This document shows, one piece after another, positions 29,023 through 42,535 of a stretch of 64,000 nucleotides of DNA. Numbering within the stretch: the first letter of the stretch is position 1; every line of letters begins with the position of its first letter. The notes beneath the pieces are model-generated. The model made no database searches. It was not told the DNA's origin and saw nothing but the letters and a program-made list of their open reading frames with translations. Where the stretch lies: NCBI RefSeq assembly GCF_006345805.1, contig NC_042997.1, positions 1,860,001-1,924,000 on the forward strand. Direction: 5' to 3'. Origin of the DNA: Octopus sinensis. Taxonomy: Eukaryota. A program made the position numbers and the translations under genes.

Positions 29023-32000
29023 TGTCTGTCTGTGTGGTGTGTATCTAAGAAAGAGAACCGAAAGTTTGGAGGTCAAGCTTGATCTCGAAATTATTTGAAA
29101 TTTGACACAGGAAATTCGGAAAGCTTACCGCGAACATTTTATCCCATGTTGTAATGAGTCTGGTATTTCGTCAACTTACAAACAATATGTAAATGAAGTT
29201 GGGTTCTTTAAGAAGTAAACACATCACACATACACACGTTGTGAAAATGAGACATCATAATTGATAGGATGCTTATCCTAGCATTCAAACAAGAAATAGC
29301 TGAATACATCTATTTCTTTCAAATAAGTATTCGAGATAGGTTACTCATTCCTATTCACACTGGGTATAAAAGATCAATATTTGTATACACGAAGCAGTAC
29401 ATATGTTACTAAAGTTTGATCGATATTTAAAAATGCCACAGGTGTACACATTCTAAAATATTATCTCATATAAATACATTGCATTGAATATATATGAGTA
29501 CGTATGCATGTGTACACATGTGTGTATATATATGTTCATATACATCGACATACATACACCCATGCATGTATATGTTTATATACATACACATACATACATA
29601 TATATATATATATGTATTAATATATATATGTATATAAAGAGTGACACACACATACACACACAAACACACACACACACACACACACACTCATATATATATA
29701 TATATATATATAGGTACGTATATATGTAAATAAACACACAAATGCGTGTATTTATGTATACACACGTCTGTATATGTTTAAGGCTTATATCTTGATATTC
29801 ACACATACATATATACGTATACGTGTGTGTGTGTGTATACACACGCGCATATATACATATGCAGTCATAGATACACATAATTTAACACAGACAAGTCACT
29901 GAAAAGTTCGCGAACAACGATGAAAGGACTTTAACGTACAAACAACCGATTGATTGTTTAACATGTGTCCATTACACGTTTAAACATTTGGAATTTTCCA
30001 TAAAATGCTCAATGAATAATTAAAAGCTAAAATATTCAGCACAGTGAATCCACAGAACGGCGTTTTTTGAAACGCCCACTAATACATATCTATTACCATA
30101 AAATTCCGACATGCAACCGATGGTTTGTTTCTATTAGACGTAAATCGTTCAGCTTCATTGCGGATTAGGAGAAAAGAATTATGGAACGACACTTGTAGGT
30201 CCACTCATTTAGTTTGTCAAAAATTTTCAGTCACAAGCGATTAAACTTTTATTTTATAGAATAAATCACAAAGCCGGAGTATTTATAGAATGTAATAAAC
30301 ATGCATATATAAACTTGTGTTTTTTTTTTTCAAATCACTGGTATATAAATAAATAACGAACATTTTAAAAATCCAGGGCTGCAATACGCAAACGCAGACA
30401 CTCACTGTCTCAGGCAAACACTCACAAGTACACACATGCATATACATACATGCACACACATATATTCATCCATATATACACACAATACACACATAAATAT
30501 ATATACAGATAAAACAACGTATTTATATATGTTTGTGAATGTGTGACAAATGCACATTTTCTTATTCTCCCGATATTCGATTGATAAAACGAAAATCTTT
30601 TATTCGTTTTCATAAACATGTATCTATTGAGAACTAGAGTTATTCATTTATGCATGTTCTCCTGTTTTCCCAAGAATAATATCTATTAATGAAAGATATT
30701 GATCTCCGATAATATTTCTTCATAAACTCTACACCGGGCAATTTTGCCATCAAATTCTTGAAACATATATTACATTCACATTTTATATTGTTGGAAATTA
30801 TAGAGAGATAAATATATTTGTAGAAAAACTGCACTTGCAAAAGTATGTCGATTAATCAATCTGATTTAGTCTATTTAACAGCCTTTAATCATGTGAAATC
30901 ATCAGGAATGTTGTGGAAAATGTAATTAACGCCTCAGTAAAATTCTAGCATGGCGTCGAATTGAACGAAAAATAACAAGTGTTAGGCACTCAATTAGAGT
31001 TTATATAAGATATAAGGCAAAAATGTATTAGAATGATTTTTTATCAATAATTTTAGAAATTAGGTTTTGTTTTGTTACCAATATAATTCAAAGAATTTCT
31101 TGTCAAAATCAATTTAATGTCATTAATTTATCCATGATTTTAATGTTATTTGAAATTGTTTCCTTTTTCTTTTTTAGAAATGCAGATTATTGTCCTTTGT
31201 AATGTTATATATTATTTGAAATAGCTGTAATGTTAATGTTAAAGTGCAAGACATGTGACTTAACACCGCATACAATATATTATGTAATATTAATATTTAA
31301 TATACGATTAAGTTACCGATTCTTCTAAGCATAAATATATACGTGCAATATATACGTTCAAGTGATCCTCCATTTAACCAGTACTGCCAAAGATATTGCC
31401 ATTGTTGATTTGTCATTCTATGCAGTCGGTAATGCAGTAAATACTTAAACATATTTTCGCGTCAAGCTAGATTTGATTAGATGTTAGTTCTTTACCGAAA
31501 ATCACTGAATGAAACTTGTAAAACACGTACTAGCGTATAATATTTGATGCATTTAGTCAGCAATAAAAAAAACAACATTTTTCTTAAATGTTGTGCTTAT
31601 TCGGATATTTATACACGTTTTTCGACATAGCAGCTGCAATTCTCTCATCATCTGCTGCTTAAACATATTTCATCTCGGGCAAGTTATAGTTGTTCAAATA
31701 TTTAGAAAATGGAAAGACATTGGAGGAAGTCGTCATGGCAGATTATATAAATAATATCTAACTTCTAGAAGAAGAGTGTCAATCTTTTGAAATACGGATC
31801 TATGTCCAAAATAATTCCTTCACAAAGGCAAAGACAAAAGAGAGGCAATTTTCTCTCTGAAAAAAAAATCGCAATTAGTTCAAAATCAACGTGATTATTT
31901 GTAAAGATACATATTCAATTTGAAATAAATCGGGCCTATGTTATTATGACAATAAGATAAACAGCATTAGATGCATACATTCCGTAAGGTATCATGATGT

Positions 32001-32435
32001 ATCTCCTATGAAAAAATCAATCGCAAAATTAAGATGATTAACAAGAAACATAGACGAAACCGGTATACGATTAATTCTTGATTTTTATGTAATTCTCATC
32101 TGTCATGCTCGCCTATGTTCTGGTGTTCACTGGATTTTCTCTGAAGAACATTCTTCTTTGTAGTTAGATCGTATGTGATCTTCTTCTAGCATATATCTAT
32201 CCACTTTGTGTTATTTTTAGCCCTAAATATACATATATATATATATATTATATATATATATATTATATATATATATTATATATATATATATATCTCGCTT
32301 AGGCATTGTGATATTAATAACCTGGAGTAGAGTTCAATAAACGTGTATTTTTGATTGAAGAGTTAGTTATATATAGAGCGATAATAATAATATAAAACAA
32401 AAAGACGACAATGGAATAAACACTTGTGTTCTGAC

Positions 32436-32617
32436 CTTCATTCCCTTGCAGCTGTTTTCGCTTTGAAATGCAGTGGACTCATCATAGATGTGTTCCTCAG
32501 CAGCAACTGTCTATTCCATAGAGTCTCAAACATGTAGTATCTGAGTATGGTGTTACTCAGACATTCATCTATGAGTCCATTGCATCTTAAGTCGAAAACA
32601 TCTGTAAGCTAATGAAG
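32436..32617. repeat. ~180 bp imperfect palindrome with hammerhead-like arms
   Basis: cttgcagctgttttcg..atgcagtggactcat is the reverse complement of atgagtccattgcat..cgaaaacatctgtaag. Inner hairpin tctgagta/tactcaga at 32540-32561. Confidence 0.8.
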
Positions 32618-32662
32618 TTCGTATGATAATAGTTCATTCGTTATTTCTTTTTCCCTATATAT

Positions 32663-33207
32663 AAACTGCCCACTCATACATATTCACACACGTGTACAAA
32701 TAAATATATATACACGTCTATATAGGCACAGGAAAAAATGCAGGATAGAAAAGTACAGAAAATTAATATGTGTGAAAAAAAAAAAAAAAGAAAAAATGTA
32801 TGAAATAATAAAAGGTATAATGAGATAAAAAAACTTTTAGGGACATAATATAGAAAGTGCGGTCTATGCGACACGGAGAGATGGCTTATCTGGAAAAGCA
32901 GCTTAGACCCTACTACATGTCTAAACTCAAGGACAGAACTTTTCGGATCATGCACCAATGTGACTAAATTTTTGTTACGTTTTTGGTCCCCTAAAGAAAA
33001 CAGATAGAACTTGCTTTCTACATTATGTTCCAAAAAGTTTTTATCTCATTATACCTTTTATTATTTCATACATTTAAATTTTTTTTAAATTTTTTCACAC
33101 ATATTAATTTTCTGTACTTTTCTATCCTGCATTTTTTCCTGTGAATATATAGACGTGTATATAGATTTATTTGTACACGTGTGTGAATATGTATGAGTGG
33201 GCAGTTT
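32663..33207. mobile_element. Foldback/MITE-like element with ~195 bp terminal inverted repeats
   Basis: 32663-32858 is a near-perfect reverse complement of 33013-33207 (aaactgcccactcatacatattcacacacgtgtacaaataaat...), with a ~155 bp spacer. Confidence 0.85.
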
Positions 33208-33871
33208 GAGATGTGTGTGTGTGCGCGGACATAAGAATGCATATATATATAGACGTTTTTACTTAGTATTTTTTCATTTTTTTAGGGTTTTTTTGGTGGG
33301 GGAGGGGGACATATGTATATTCATTTTTCGTATATGCGTGTGTATGCATGCGTATATAAACATGTGCGGGTTTGTACATATATTGGCGTGTGTGTATATG
33401 AGTGCACAAGGGCATGTCCGTATATGAACGTGGTTCTTACGCTTTGTATACTTCCTTATGATTTTTCTGTTACCTTTAACTCATGGTGTATGAGTTTGTA
33501 GATATATGCGTATATATTTGGCGAAAAATGCGAGTGAAGATGTGTACGTTTTCATAGTGACGCATACGTACGCACATGGGTTCGCGAGCGAACATGTGAG
33601 TGTTTTACTATGACATTTTAATCTTATTTTATATAAGTAGCAGAATTATAACACAGTAATTTCCCTTTATATAACGGTATTTTTCATAGCGTTTATTCAG
33701 ATGGCCAGATAACCGAAGAGATGGTGTTGTCGATTTCCACTTCGGCATCTGAAACTCAGAGTTTTATCGTGACTATTGAATAATTGTAATATAATATTTT
33801 ATAGATAAATTTCCTCTATTTACATAATATTGAGGTCTCTTTCTTTTTCTTTTGTTATCTTACCGTTTTTA

Positions 33872-33914
<43 letters not shown>

Positions 33915-34937
33915 AGAGAGAGAAAAAGAGAGGGTATGTTTGAGTGTGTGTGGCAGAGATAGATAGGTAGATATATATACTTTTCTGTGTGTGTATGTGA
34001 GAACGGAGTGACTGAGAATGTGTTATTATGTCAACGTTTATGTCTCTACCAGTGTGTGTTTCACGATATAAGTAAATTTAAATGAATGTACATAATTTGT
34101 ACAGCGAAGTTATACCTATGCATGCTGCCACTGGCTTCTGTGATGTACTGGGTGCTTCTGGGTGTTTCGCTGCACGCGCTTTTTCATGTCAAAATTTGTT
34201 GACATATAGCGTGCTGCGAAGTTCCCAAAGAGTAAATAGGACTTATGTTACCTTGGAAATGATGTCAGCTCACATTTGACTTGATACATACATACACACA
34301 CACACATATATGCCTGTGTGTGTGCATATATATATATGTATGTATTTATGTATGTGTGTCTTTGTATGTGTGTGAATGTATGTGTGCGCGTGTTTGTGTG
34401 TGTGTAAATAATGTGTGACTACGTTTAAACGTTTAGAATCGCTGTATGAGTCTGCAGATATTCATCACTGTCGCCAATGTATTTAAAAAATAAAACAAGA
34501 TTTATTAAGCATAAAGAAATTCTACTTTGTATCTAAATGTACTTTCTTTCAACATCTTACTATCTGAATGCACAAACATTTGAAAATATTTCAATGAACT
34601 TCATTTGAATATAAACTCCAGCTGCTTGCAACATCCGGCAGCATGTTACGTTGTTAAATATGTAATTTCAATACACAAATTTTAAATGTGACACTTCATA
34701 TGAAATACATTGTCGAAGTCATGTATGATAATGACGTATTTTCTCTATACATTTTAGTTCTGATTTTATTTTCATTTAATTTTTCATGTTTTTATTTGCA
34801 GTCAGTATTGATTTTATTACATTTATATATGTTGGTAAAGGAGAGTTTATATTCACTGCAGGTGTCAACATTCTATTTTTCACATGTCTAACATTTGGAT
34901 AGTTCTTCTGAATCTATATCTCTTTCGGATAATTTAT

Positions 34938-34993
<56 letters not shown>

Positions 34994-35974
34994 TATATAT
35001 AAACGATAATGAAGAAATAAAATCAAACGAGAATAGAATATAGGATCACCTTTACTAGAGGCGTCAGTCGTAAATGAGGTAAATGCTAAAAATTAGAAAC
35101 AGATTTTGAAGAGCTTCGTTTGATATAACTCTAAGTAAAATATTTCAACAGAACATCCATTCAATCGCGATAATAAATTCCACTCACGTCGCAATGATTT
35201 ATTTATTGAATGCTTACAATATTCAAATATGAAGAGCATTTTTGCATGTTCGGAAATGTAAATTTGAGAAATTTGTTCTTAATACATTTTGTGACATTTA
35301 CGTAGAAGAATGATCTACGAAGTAATTTAAACATAATGTGAATGTTGCTCATATGTCTATTATCATACACGGTTAGTGTTTGAAGGTTACACAAGTTGTT
35401 ATGCTGATAAATATAAATCCAATTTCGGTAACATTTTACATATAATTTAAGCGACCCACTTACTTTGTTGCTATAATATGTACTTTAGATAGCACATTGT
35501 CCTTCTATACATTGCTGATACCAAGCATAAAAGAAATTGGTAAACGTGTATATCAATTGTCAAAATGAAAATTTTTCAGATATGTATAAATTGTGTTTGT
35601 ATAATACGAAATATATAACGGCTTAAGTCGCTCAATGTTCTGTTGATTTAAGACGTTGATTTTGTACTGAGATACACTGTAAAAAAGTATGTTTAGAAGT
35701 GTCTCAGTAATTATACACTCACAAAAAAATACGTATGGCGTTAAAAAGGATGCTTTGTCTATGACATGCAAGGAGCGTATAGTTTGCATGTTGTTCAGAC
35801 ATATATGGAAAATGTTCCTAAGAAAGGCATGATAGCATTGTCTCCACGATTACGTGTAATAGAAACTATGATAGGATCGTTGAAATACTAAAGGAAACAT
35901 TTTGTGAATAATGATCTGGAAGATAAGGAAGTGTTTAGGATGTCCAATGCATTGCTATATGTAACGTCACGACT

Positions 35975-36070
35975 AGTGCAGTCTTCCAGCGTGCCAGCCC
36001 AGTCAAACCGTAAACCCATACCAGCATGGGTAACGGACGCTAAATCACGATGATGATGATGATGATGATA
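35975..36070 (+). mobile_element. LINE/SINE 3' tail ending in (GAT)n
   Basis: cccataccagcatgggtaacggacgctaaat followed by (GAT)n resembles RTE-type tails; the assignment is inference. Confidence 0.4.
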
Positions 36071-36989
36071 ATAGGTAACATAGGTAACATTGAATCTTAG
36101 AGGCGTGACTACTGGGGTCTATGTATTGCGAACATGCTACACTTCGCGATGGAATATTTGAAGACAAGTACGTAGATTTTATTGATCTGTGCATCGTTGT
36201 ACTGTGCTGTTACGCAAGAATTCGCCGACTCGGGATTGAATTCGGAATGTAAATGAACAAAAGCAATATTGGGAGATGCTGTATAAAATGATGTATTGAA
36301 TATTGAAATATGACCTTGAGCCAAAATATTTGGCAAATTAGAATACAAAACCATAACAGCAGGCACAAATGAAGTTTAAGCATTCAAACCGATAGAAGAG
36401 ATACTAGTGTTGTGTCCTTACGTGTTTTATTGTTTAATATAGTAAGATGACAAAGGTAAGATCGGAGTAGGCTCTAAGTAGTTAATAATTGTTGAATGGG
36501 GCTAAATATTTAATCCGTGTTTTAGGATAATTCATTCCCAAAAGGTTTCCTTTAATAGAAAATAATATTTTTTTAAAGCACCATGTAAAATTAAATTTAA
36601 ATTTAAATAAAAGCAGTAGCATAAACACGTTATGGAATACATTTTACAAAGAGAATAATAAAGTTCTTAGGAATGAAATAAAGCCGTTCACCATTGAGAA
36701 CGCACTGTCCAAGTGGTGAGGCCTTAGAGAAGAATTGTAGTTTAAAAAACGGTCATCCTTTTCATGACGGCCTGCTAAAGGAGCATTTAATGCAAAGTCA
36801 TTTTTTCTTTACAAATTTTCAAATATGTTTTCGATATTACTAAAAGTGGTAAGGTTTTACCACAAACAGCTTTGTTGTAAAGTCAACAGCACCTTTTTCA
36901 TATATTTCTTTTACAGATTTTCATTCTGGGAAAGTTGCGTCAGTGCACACAAAGTGATTCCAGACAACTGATCTAAGATTGGGATAGCT

Positions 36990-37350
36990 GAAATTCTTAA
37001 ATTTTACTATGGCATAATTATTATATTTGAATTTTTCCCTGCAATAATTCGTCGAGTTTTAGTGAATATTTTTTATGATGTGCTCCTGAATAAATTTTGG
37101 TGTAAAGGTGTGATAAAACATTAGTCTCAGGTGAGCAGCCAAATATATTTCATAAATATTTACTATTGTATACTCAAGCATAGAAGGCTGAGAGTGGGAT
37201 CCTCTGGGAGTCTTCCATTTAATCTTGACTGCACGATTTTGTAAAGTACGGCGTTTATATAGATTTGACTTCTTGACACTACCCGAAGCTAGGTTACTGT
37301 ATATTAAATACGGATTGACAAAAGATAAAAATAATATTGTCATACTTTTC
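36990..37350 (-). mobile_element. LINE RT C-terminal remnant (CR1/L2 group)
   Basis: LFLSFVNPYLIYSNLASGS..LQNRAVKI..HSQP..IVNIYEIY resembles the LY.SL..PYL.Y...W..LQ.RA.R motif. Confidence 0.55.
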
Positions 37351-39400
37351 TTGTTAAAAAAAACCTACATTACCTACAAAATATTCTAATCTTTATCTAT
37401 AGCTTCGATTCTACCGGCTGAATGTACAATTTTAATCTCAAATTTTCGTCAATAAGGATTCCCGGAAAGTTTTTATATCAATAACTTTTGACTTCTTTTG
37501 AGCCAAATTAAAATTGTGTGGCTGTAAAGGCAGGTACTCGTCATTTGTTGATGAAGAGTATAGGGTGTACGTTTTTTACCTACTCACAGGGAAAAATTAT
37601 GGGCTGAATACCAGTCAATTGTGTGTAATAATTAGTTTTTCCTTTGTTTTGAATAATGTGCGGTAGTCATTAGAAGTTAAGAAAACTTTGTATCAATAGC
37701 AAACATGAAATTAAAGGATGATCTGTAATACTTGAGCAATAGGAAAGAAAGCTTTGAGAATCTTGCGAGAAACCGTGCAAAATTGCAGGAGAAGATGCTT
37801 TTCTCCAGCTGCAAAATTTCGAAACCCAAGGAATACAGCATCAAGGGGCGTTAAAGATAGATAGGAAAAGAAACGAATAGAACAGCAGTCTTCCCGCAAA
37901 CAACCATTGTCCACATTTCTCAGCTAGATAACGTGCTGCTCTAATAAATCATGCTCATATCCATAATGCTATGGTGGGCTGAGGATTCACGTGAGGAATC
38001 ACTAACTGAAGTGAATGAATTGTAAACATTGGCGAGTGATAGTAAGAGTAGTGTGTGTTCATGACTGTCTATTTGATTGGATTTTTCTGTCCGGTCATGT
38101 CAACGTCATCTTCAAAACGACAACCTTGTGAAACCATGAACTCTCAGATATTTACACAAGTTAACAACTTCCACACAAAGTATAATGCCATGGAATATGT
38201 ATTTTTGTTTTAGCTTTCATCAGCATATTTCCAGAAAATGGTATATATGAACCTAAAAATCCAATATCATAAGGTTCAAAATACAGTATTCCACATTCAT
38301 ACTTTGCGTCACACGATATTGTTATTTATCACGTAGTTGAATGCCTCTCCTCCAAAGTTCTTAATGGACTTTCCTATCCCGAATGTCGTCTTTAAACTAA
38401 CGACATATCTAAAAGGTGCGTGCTTGGTTGTGATAAATATTTACTTGATACAATTTTCTTTAGTTCAATTCACGTCTGTCATCTCGTAATGTTATATTTT
38501 ATTACACCACAATCATACGTAAGCAATATTTAAGTTAATATGGCCCTGTTACTGTGTTTCGATGATAAATTATTGAAGTGCCCTTGGGATAAATATTAAA
38601 GCAAAAATATAGATATGAGTTCAAGAGTTTAGGCACGCACATTCACAAAAACACATAAACGTACATACATGTACATGCAAACAAATATATATATATATAT
38701 ATATATAGATATACGTACATGCGCAGATATATATTCATACATAAACGTACATGGACACGTACACACACGTGCGCGCGCACACACGTACAGGCATACACAC
38801 ACACACATGATTGAAGCTTATGGGAATATTTCTATATATATGGAACATTTAAAATATTAGATTCAAAGGATGCATTTATCTCATGATAATAGTAATTATA
38901 AATTATCATATGCTCCCTAACATACATTGTGTGTATCTACACGCACATACAGAGTGACACACAGACACACGCACACACATACGTTTTTGTGTGTATATGT
39001 GTGTATGCGTGCGCATATGTATCTATAAAATTGATACTACAAACAATGAAAGCTTCGCTGTGGCAATACCCGAACACCACATTTAGTCTAAGAAATCCGC
39101 ACCAGCATTAATAAGTCTAGTATTTATTCTATAGGCTTCATTTGCCGAAGTGCTAGGTTACAGGGACGTTAACACACCAGCATCTGTAATGAAGCACTGG
39201 TGGTTGACAGACACATATAAACATGTACATATATGCATACATACATCTCACATATATATAAACTTATATTTACACGCACGCACACGAACACACAAATATA
39301 TACATACATATATATACACACTTAGAGGTACCTAGTTTTCGAATACATCTGATCACAAATAAAACATGCATATATATATATATACATATATATATATATG

Positions 39401-41284
39401 AAATCAAAATAAGCAACAGGATATCCAGAGGTAATGCAGTAAGATCATTTTAAGCGACTCCATTTAATTGAACAATCCAATCATTACATCAATTTAAATG
39501 AAGAGCAATCTTCTGCCGCTTAAATGCATAAAATTAAATTAAATTAAAACACATGACACATTAGTATAATTTTACCTAAAACCTCCAAGAAGGTAAGTAT
39601 AGATACAACGATCATGCTGTCTTCACTTCAGCTTAGAAGCTACTAAGGCACAAGGAAAAAACGTGTGGAGATTTGGCTTGTCACTGTTTTTTGGGGTGAG
39701 GTTTAATTTATAGTCTTGTTTATCAAATCTTTGTATATCAAAATCTAAGGCCAAGGAATAAGGAGTAGTGTCTGTTAGGAAAGGGGATGAGGGAGTCAAC
39801 AGAAATAATAGTGGATATATTCATAAAACTATCAAGATTAAATTGGAACAATATAATGAGATTTGGTAAAGGAAGATCTTAAATCAAGACGTTAGTTATC
39901 AGTGAGAGGAGTAAGACTCTATTAAAACCAATGATGATAATACAGGGGAAATTTTATCATGGGGCACTATAGATGAATGATTTAAACAATATTGTTATAT
40001 TATATAAAATTAAAATTTAGGGTTATCAAGAAGATTAAGAAGAATATTATAACGAAACAGATAAAATTTTTGAATATCTTTGAGTATATACCAAATTTTA
40101 CCGCAATAGAGGAAGGAAAGAAATTACGTAGACACAGTTTAATATTTATTCCTGTTATATACTTAAATATTAACATATTAGAAGATATCTATGAAGATTC
40201 ATCATGGGCATTTAAATGTATTCAATAAAGGCAAAAGAGCATGCGAACTATGTATTCATTAAATTATAATCTAAACAGTTTATTATAAGTTGCGAAGATA
40301 CTGGTAATGTTACATATAAGCTAAATATGAATTTCTAGGTGTACAAAAGTTAGGTTTATTTCATAAAAATGATTATGTAATAATAAAATTATCGGCTAGG
40401 GTAGAACACCATAGAAAAGGAATAAAATAGCTTAGTCACTAAAACCATGATGAAGTATATATACATTATTAACATCAGTAGAGAAGATTAATAGAAAATA
40501 TATCATAATTCAAGAATTTAAACTAAAAATTGTTTATTTACTTATTTAGTTTGTATCTATAAAGACTGATACCCGGTATTAACTAACAGAATATTGAAAT
40601 TAACGACATGCTAACTATATATTAGTTATAAACTAAGAGATATAATATACGTTTTAAAGGTTTTTAGTGTTAATCCATGTATTATAATATAGTTTCTTAG
40701 AGATAATCAATTAGGAGGGCTACTTACAGTAGCCGTCCTAATTAAGTATGCTCATAATCAAGATGCTAATTATCAGTTAAAAGGGTAAGTTAAAAGAGTA
40801 AGACTTGATTTAAGATTTTCCGTTACCAAATTTCATTATATTGCTTCAAATTAATCTTGATAGTTTTATGACTATATTCACTATGATTTCTGTTGATTCC
40901 CTTAGTCCCTTTCCTAACACACACTGCTCCTTGTTCCTTGGCCTTAGACCTTGATATACAAAGATTTGATGAAAAAGAGTATAAATTAGTAATCCCCCAA
41001 AATAGTGAGAAGATAAATCGCGAACAAGATTTTCTCTTCTGCCTTAGTGGCTTCTAAATTGAAGTGAAGGCAGCATGATCTATCCTCTTACCCTCTTGTA
41101 GATTTTAATTAAAATTATAGAAATGTGTCCATGTGTTTTAATTTAATTTAATACTATATATTTATGCAGCTGAAGACTGCTCTGCGTTTGAATTGATATA
41201 ATTTTTGCATTGTTCAATTAAATGAATTCACTTGAAACGATCCTACTGCATTACATTTGGATGTACTGTTGCTTAATTTGGTTT
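39401..41284 (+). mobile_element. Element with ~485 bp inverted terminal arms around a very degraded PLE-like core; hammerhead motif in the right arm
   Basis: 39401-39889 is the reverse complement of 40804-41284 (diverged but colinear). The core shows only weak RT-like remnants (LGLFHKND..SARVEHHRK). Confidence 0.65.
41164..41251 (+). ncRNA. Type I hammerhead-like motif
   Basis: ATGCAG-CTGAAGA-(long stem II containing ttgaattga/tcaattaaa)-GAAAC-GATC-CTA-CTGCAT. Stem I is a perfect 6 bp; helix III has a C-C mismatch. Confidence 0.55.
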
Positions 41285-41424
41285 TAATCACTTTATTTTG
41301 AAACTGTATTCATAATACCGTGCTAAATTCTTGTGCCTCAAATTCAGCACATAATTAATCTGAATCTAATTTTTGCTGATATATATATAAAGGGAGAATT
41401 TATGTTTGTGTGTGTGTATATGTA

Positions 41425-41492
<68 letters not shown>

Positions 41493-41644
41493 ATAATTTA
41501 TTCATGATCAGAAACGTTCTACTGTATCAAGTATGAGAAAGACAGTAGATGAAGCACGATTTATTCGTGATTAGAGGTGTTCGAAAACCGAGGGACTACT
41601 GTAGGCATATAAGAGAAATGGAAAATGGAGACAAACGCACAATA

Positions 41645-41767
41645 TGTTATTTATATCATTTATGTTACCGACAATTATCTTTCGATCGATACATTGAAAT
41701 TAATCCGGGAGAAAAAATAAAGTGGAATAATGCATCGATCTCATCAGGGAGGAGATTATAAATAACA
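41645..41767 (-). ncRNA. Type I hammerhead ribozyme motif, left arm
   Basis: TGTTATTTATA..CC-CTGATGA-GATCGATGCATT..AATGTATCGATC-GAAA-GATAATT-GTC-GG..TATAAATAACA. Stem II is 12 bp; stem I is 2 bp plus an internal loop plus 11 bp. Confidence 0.7.
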
Positions 41768-41846
41768 ATGTTCATTAACAAGACATTTTTACGAAAATAA
41801 GTGTTCATTAATAAGCCATACGTAAAAATGGCTTATTAATAAACAC

Positions 41847-41969
41847 TGTTATTTATAATCTCCTCCCTGATGAGAACGATACATTATTCCATCTTATTTT
41901 TCCTCTCGGGTTAATTTCAATGTATCCATCGAAACATATATGTCTGTGATGTAAAAGATTTAAATAGCA
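41847..41969 (+). ncRNA. Type I hammerhead ribozyme motif, right arm
   Basis: CTGATGA at 41867-41873, stem II 10/12 paired, GAAA at 41931-41934, palindromic helix III ACATATATGT, GUC triplet ending at 41944. Confidence 0.7.
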
Positions 41970-42149
41970 TATTGTGTGTTTGACTCCATTTTCCATTTCT
42001 CTTATATTGTCCAAAACACATCTCAATTCTCATTGGAATTATTATCCATGTACGGGTGGTTAATATCTTAAAGTGCTTATATTACATTTGGCTACCCTGG
42101 TAACTTCTTCGAATTTCTGCTTCAAATGCAAACATACACACACATATGA

Positions 42150-42275
42150 CAGTTGTCTTTTAGTTTCCGTCTAACAAAAACATTCACGAGTCTTTGTTCA
42201 CCACGTGGTGCAACGCAGTGTGACTGAACTCGAAACCCTGTGCTTGGGGAAGCCAACTACTTACCATATAGTCAC
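42150..42275 (-). mobile_element. tRNA-derived SINE 5' part
   Basis: Minus strand reads gtgactatatggtaagtagttggcttccccaagcacagggtttcgagttcagtc (A/B-box-like head). Confidence 0.5.
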
Positions 42276-42371
42276 ACACACACACACACACGCATACACA
42301 CAGACACACGTATGTATGTATGTATATAATTAATGTGCGCAGCTGGACGCATATATATTGCTAGAAATATA

Positions 42372-42446
42372 CAGTCTTCGCCAAAATTATGGGGCATATA
42401 TGAAAAAATAGAGAATATGATTGAAACTCATATTTTTTATAACTTA

Positions 42447-42535
<89 letters not shown>

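Larger units (their letters stand above)
41607..42007. repeat. 400 bp non-coding palindrome with a type I hammerhead in each arm
   Basis: atataagagaaatggaaaatggag (41607) pairs with ctccattttccatttctcttatat (ending 42007); the arms are colinear for ~160 bp, with a nested central hairpin at 41801-41846. Confidence 0.9.

Noticed and set aside
39560-39600. Strong splice donor AAG|GTAAGT
   Set aside because: It lies inside the inverted-repeat arm of a mobile element.
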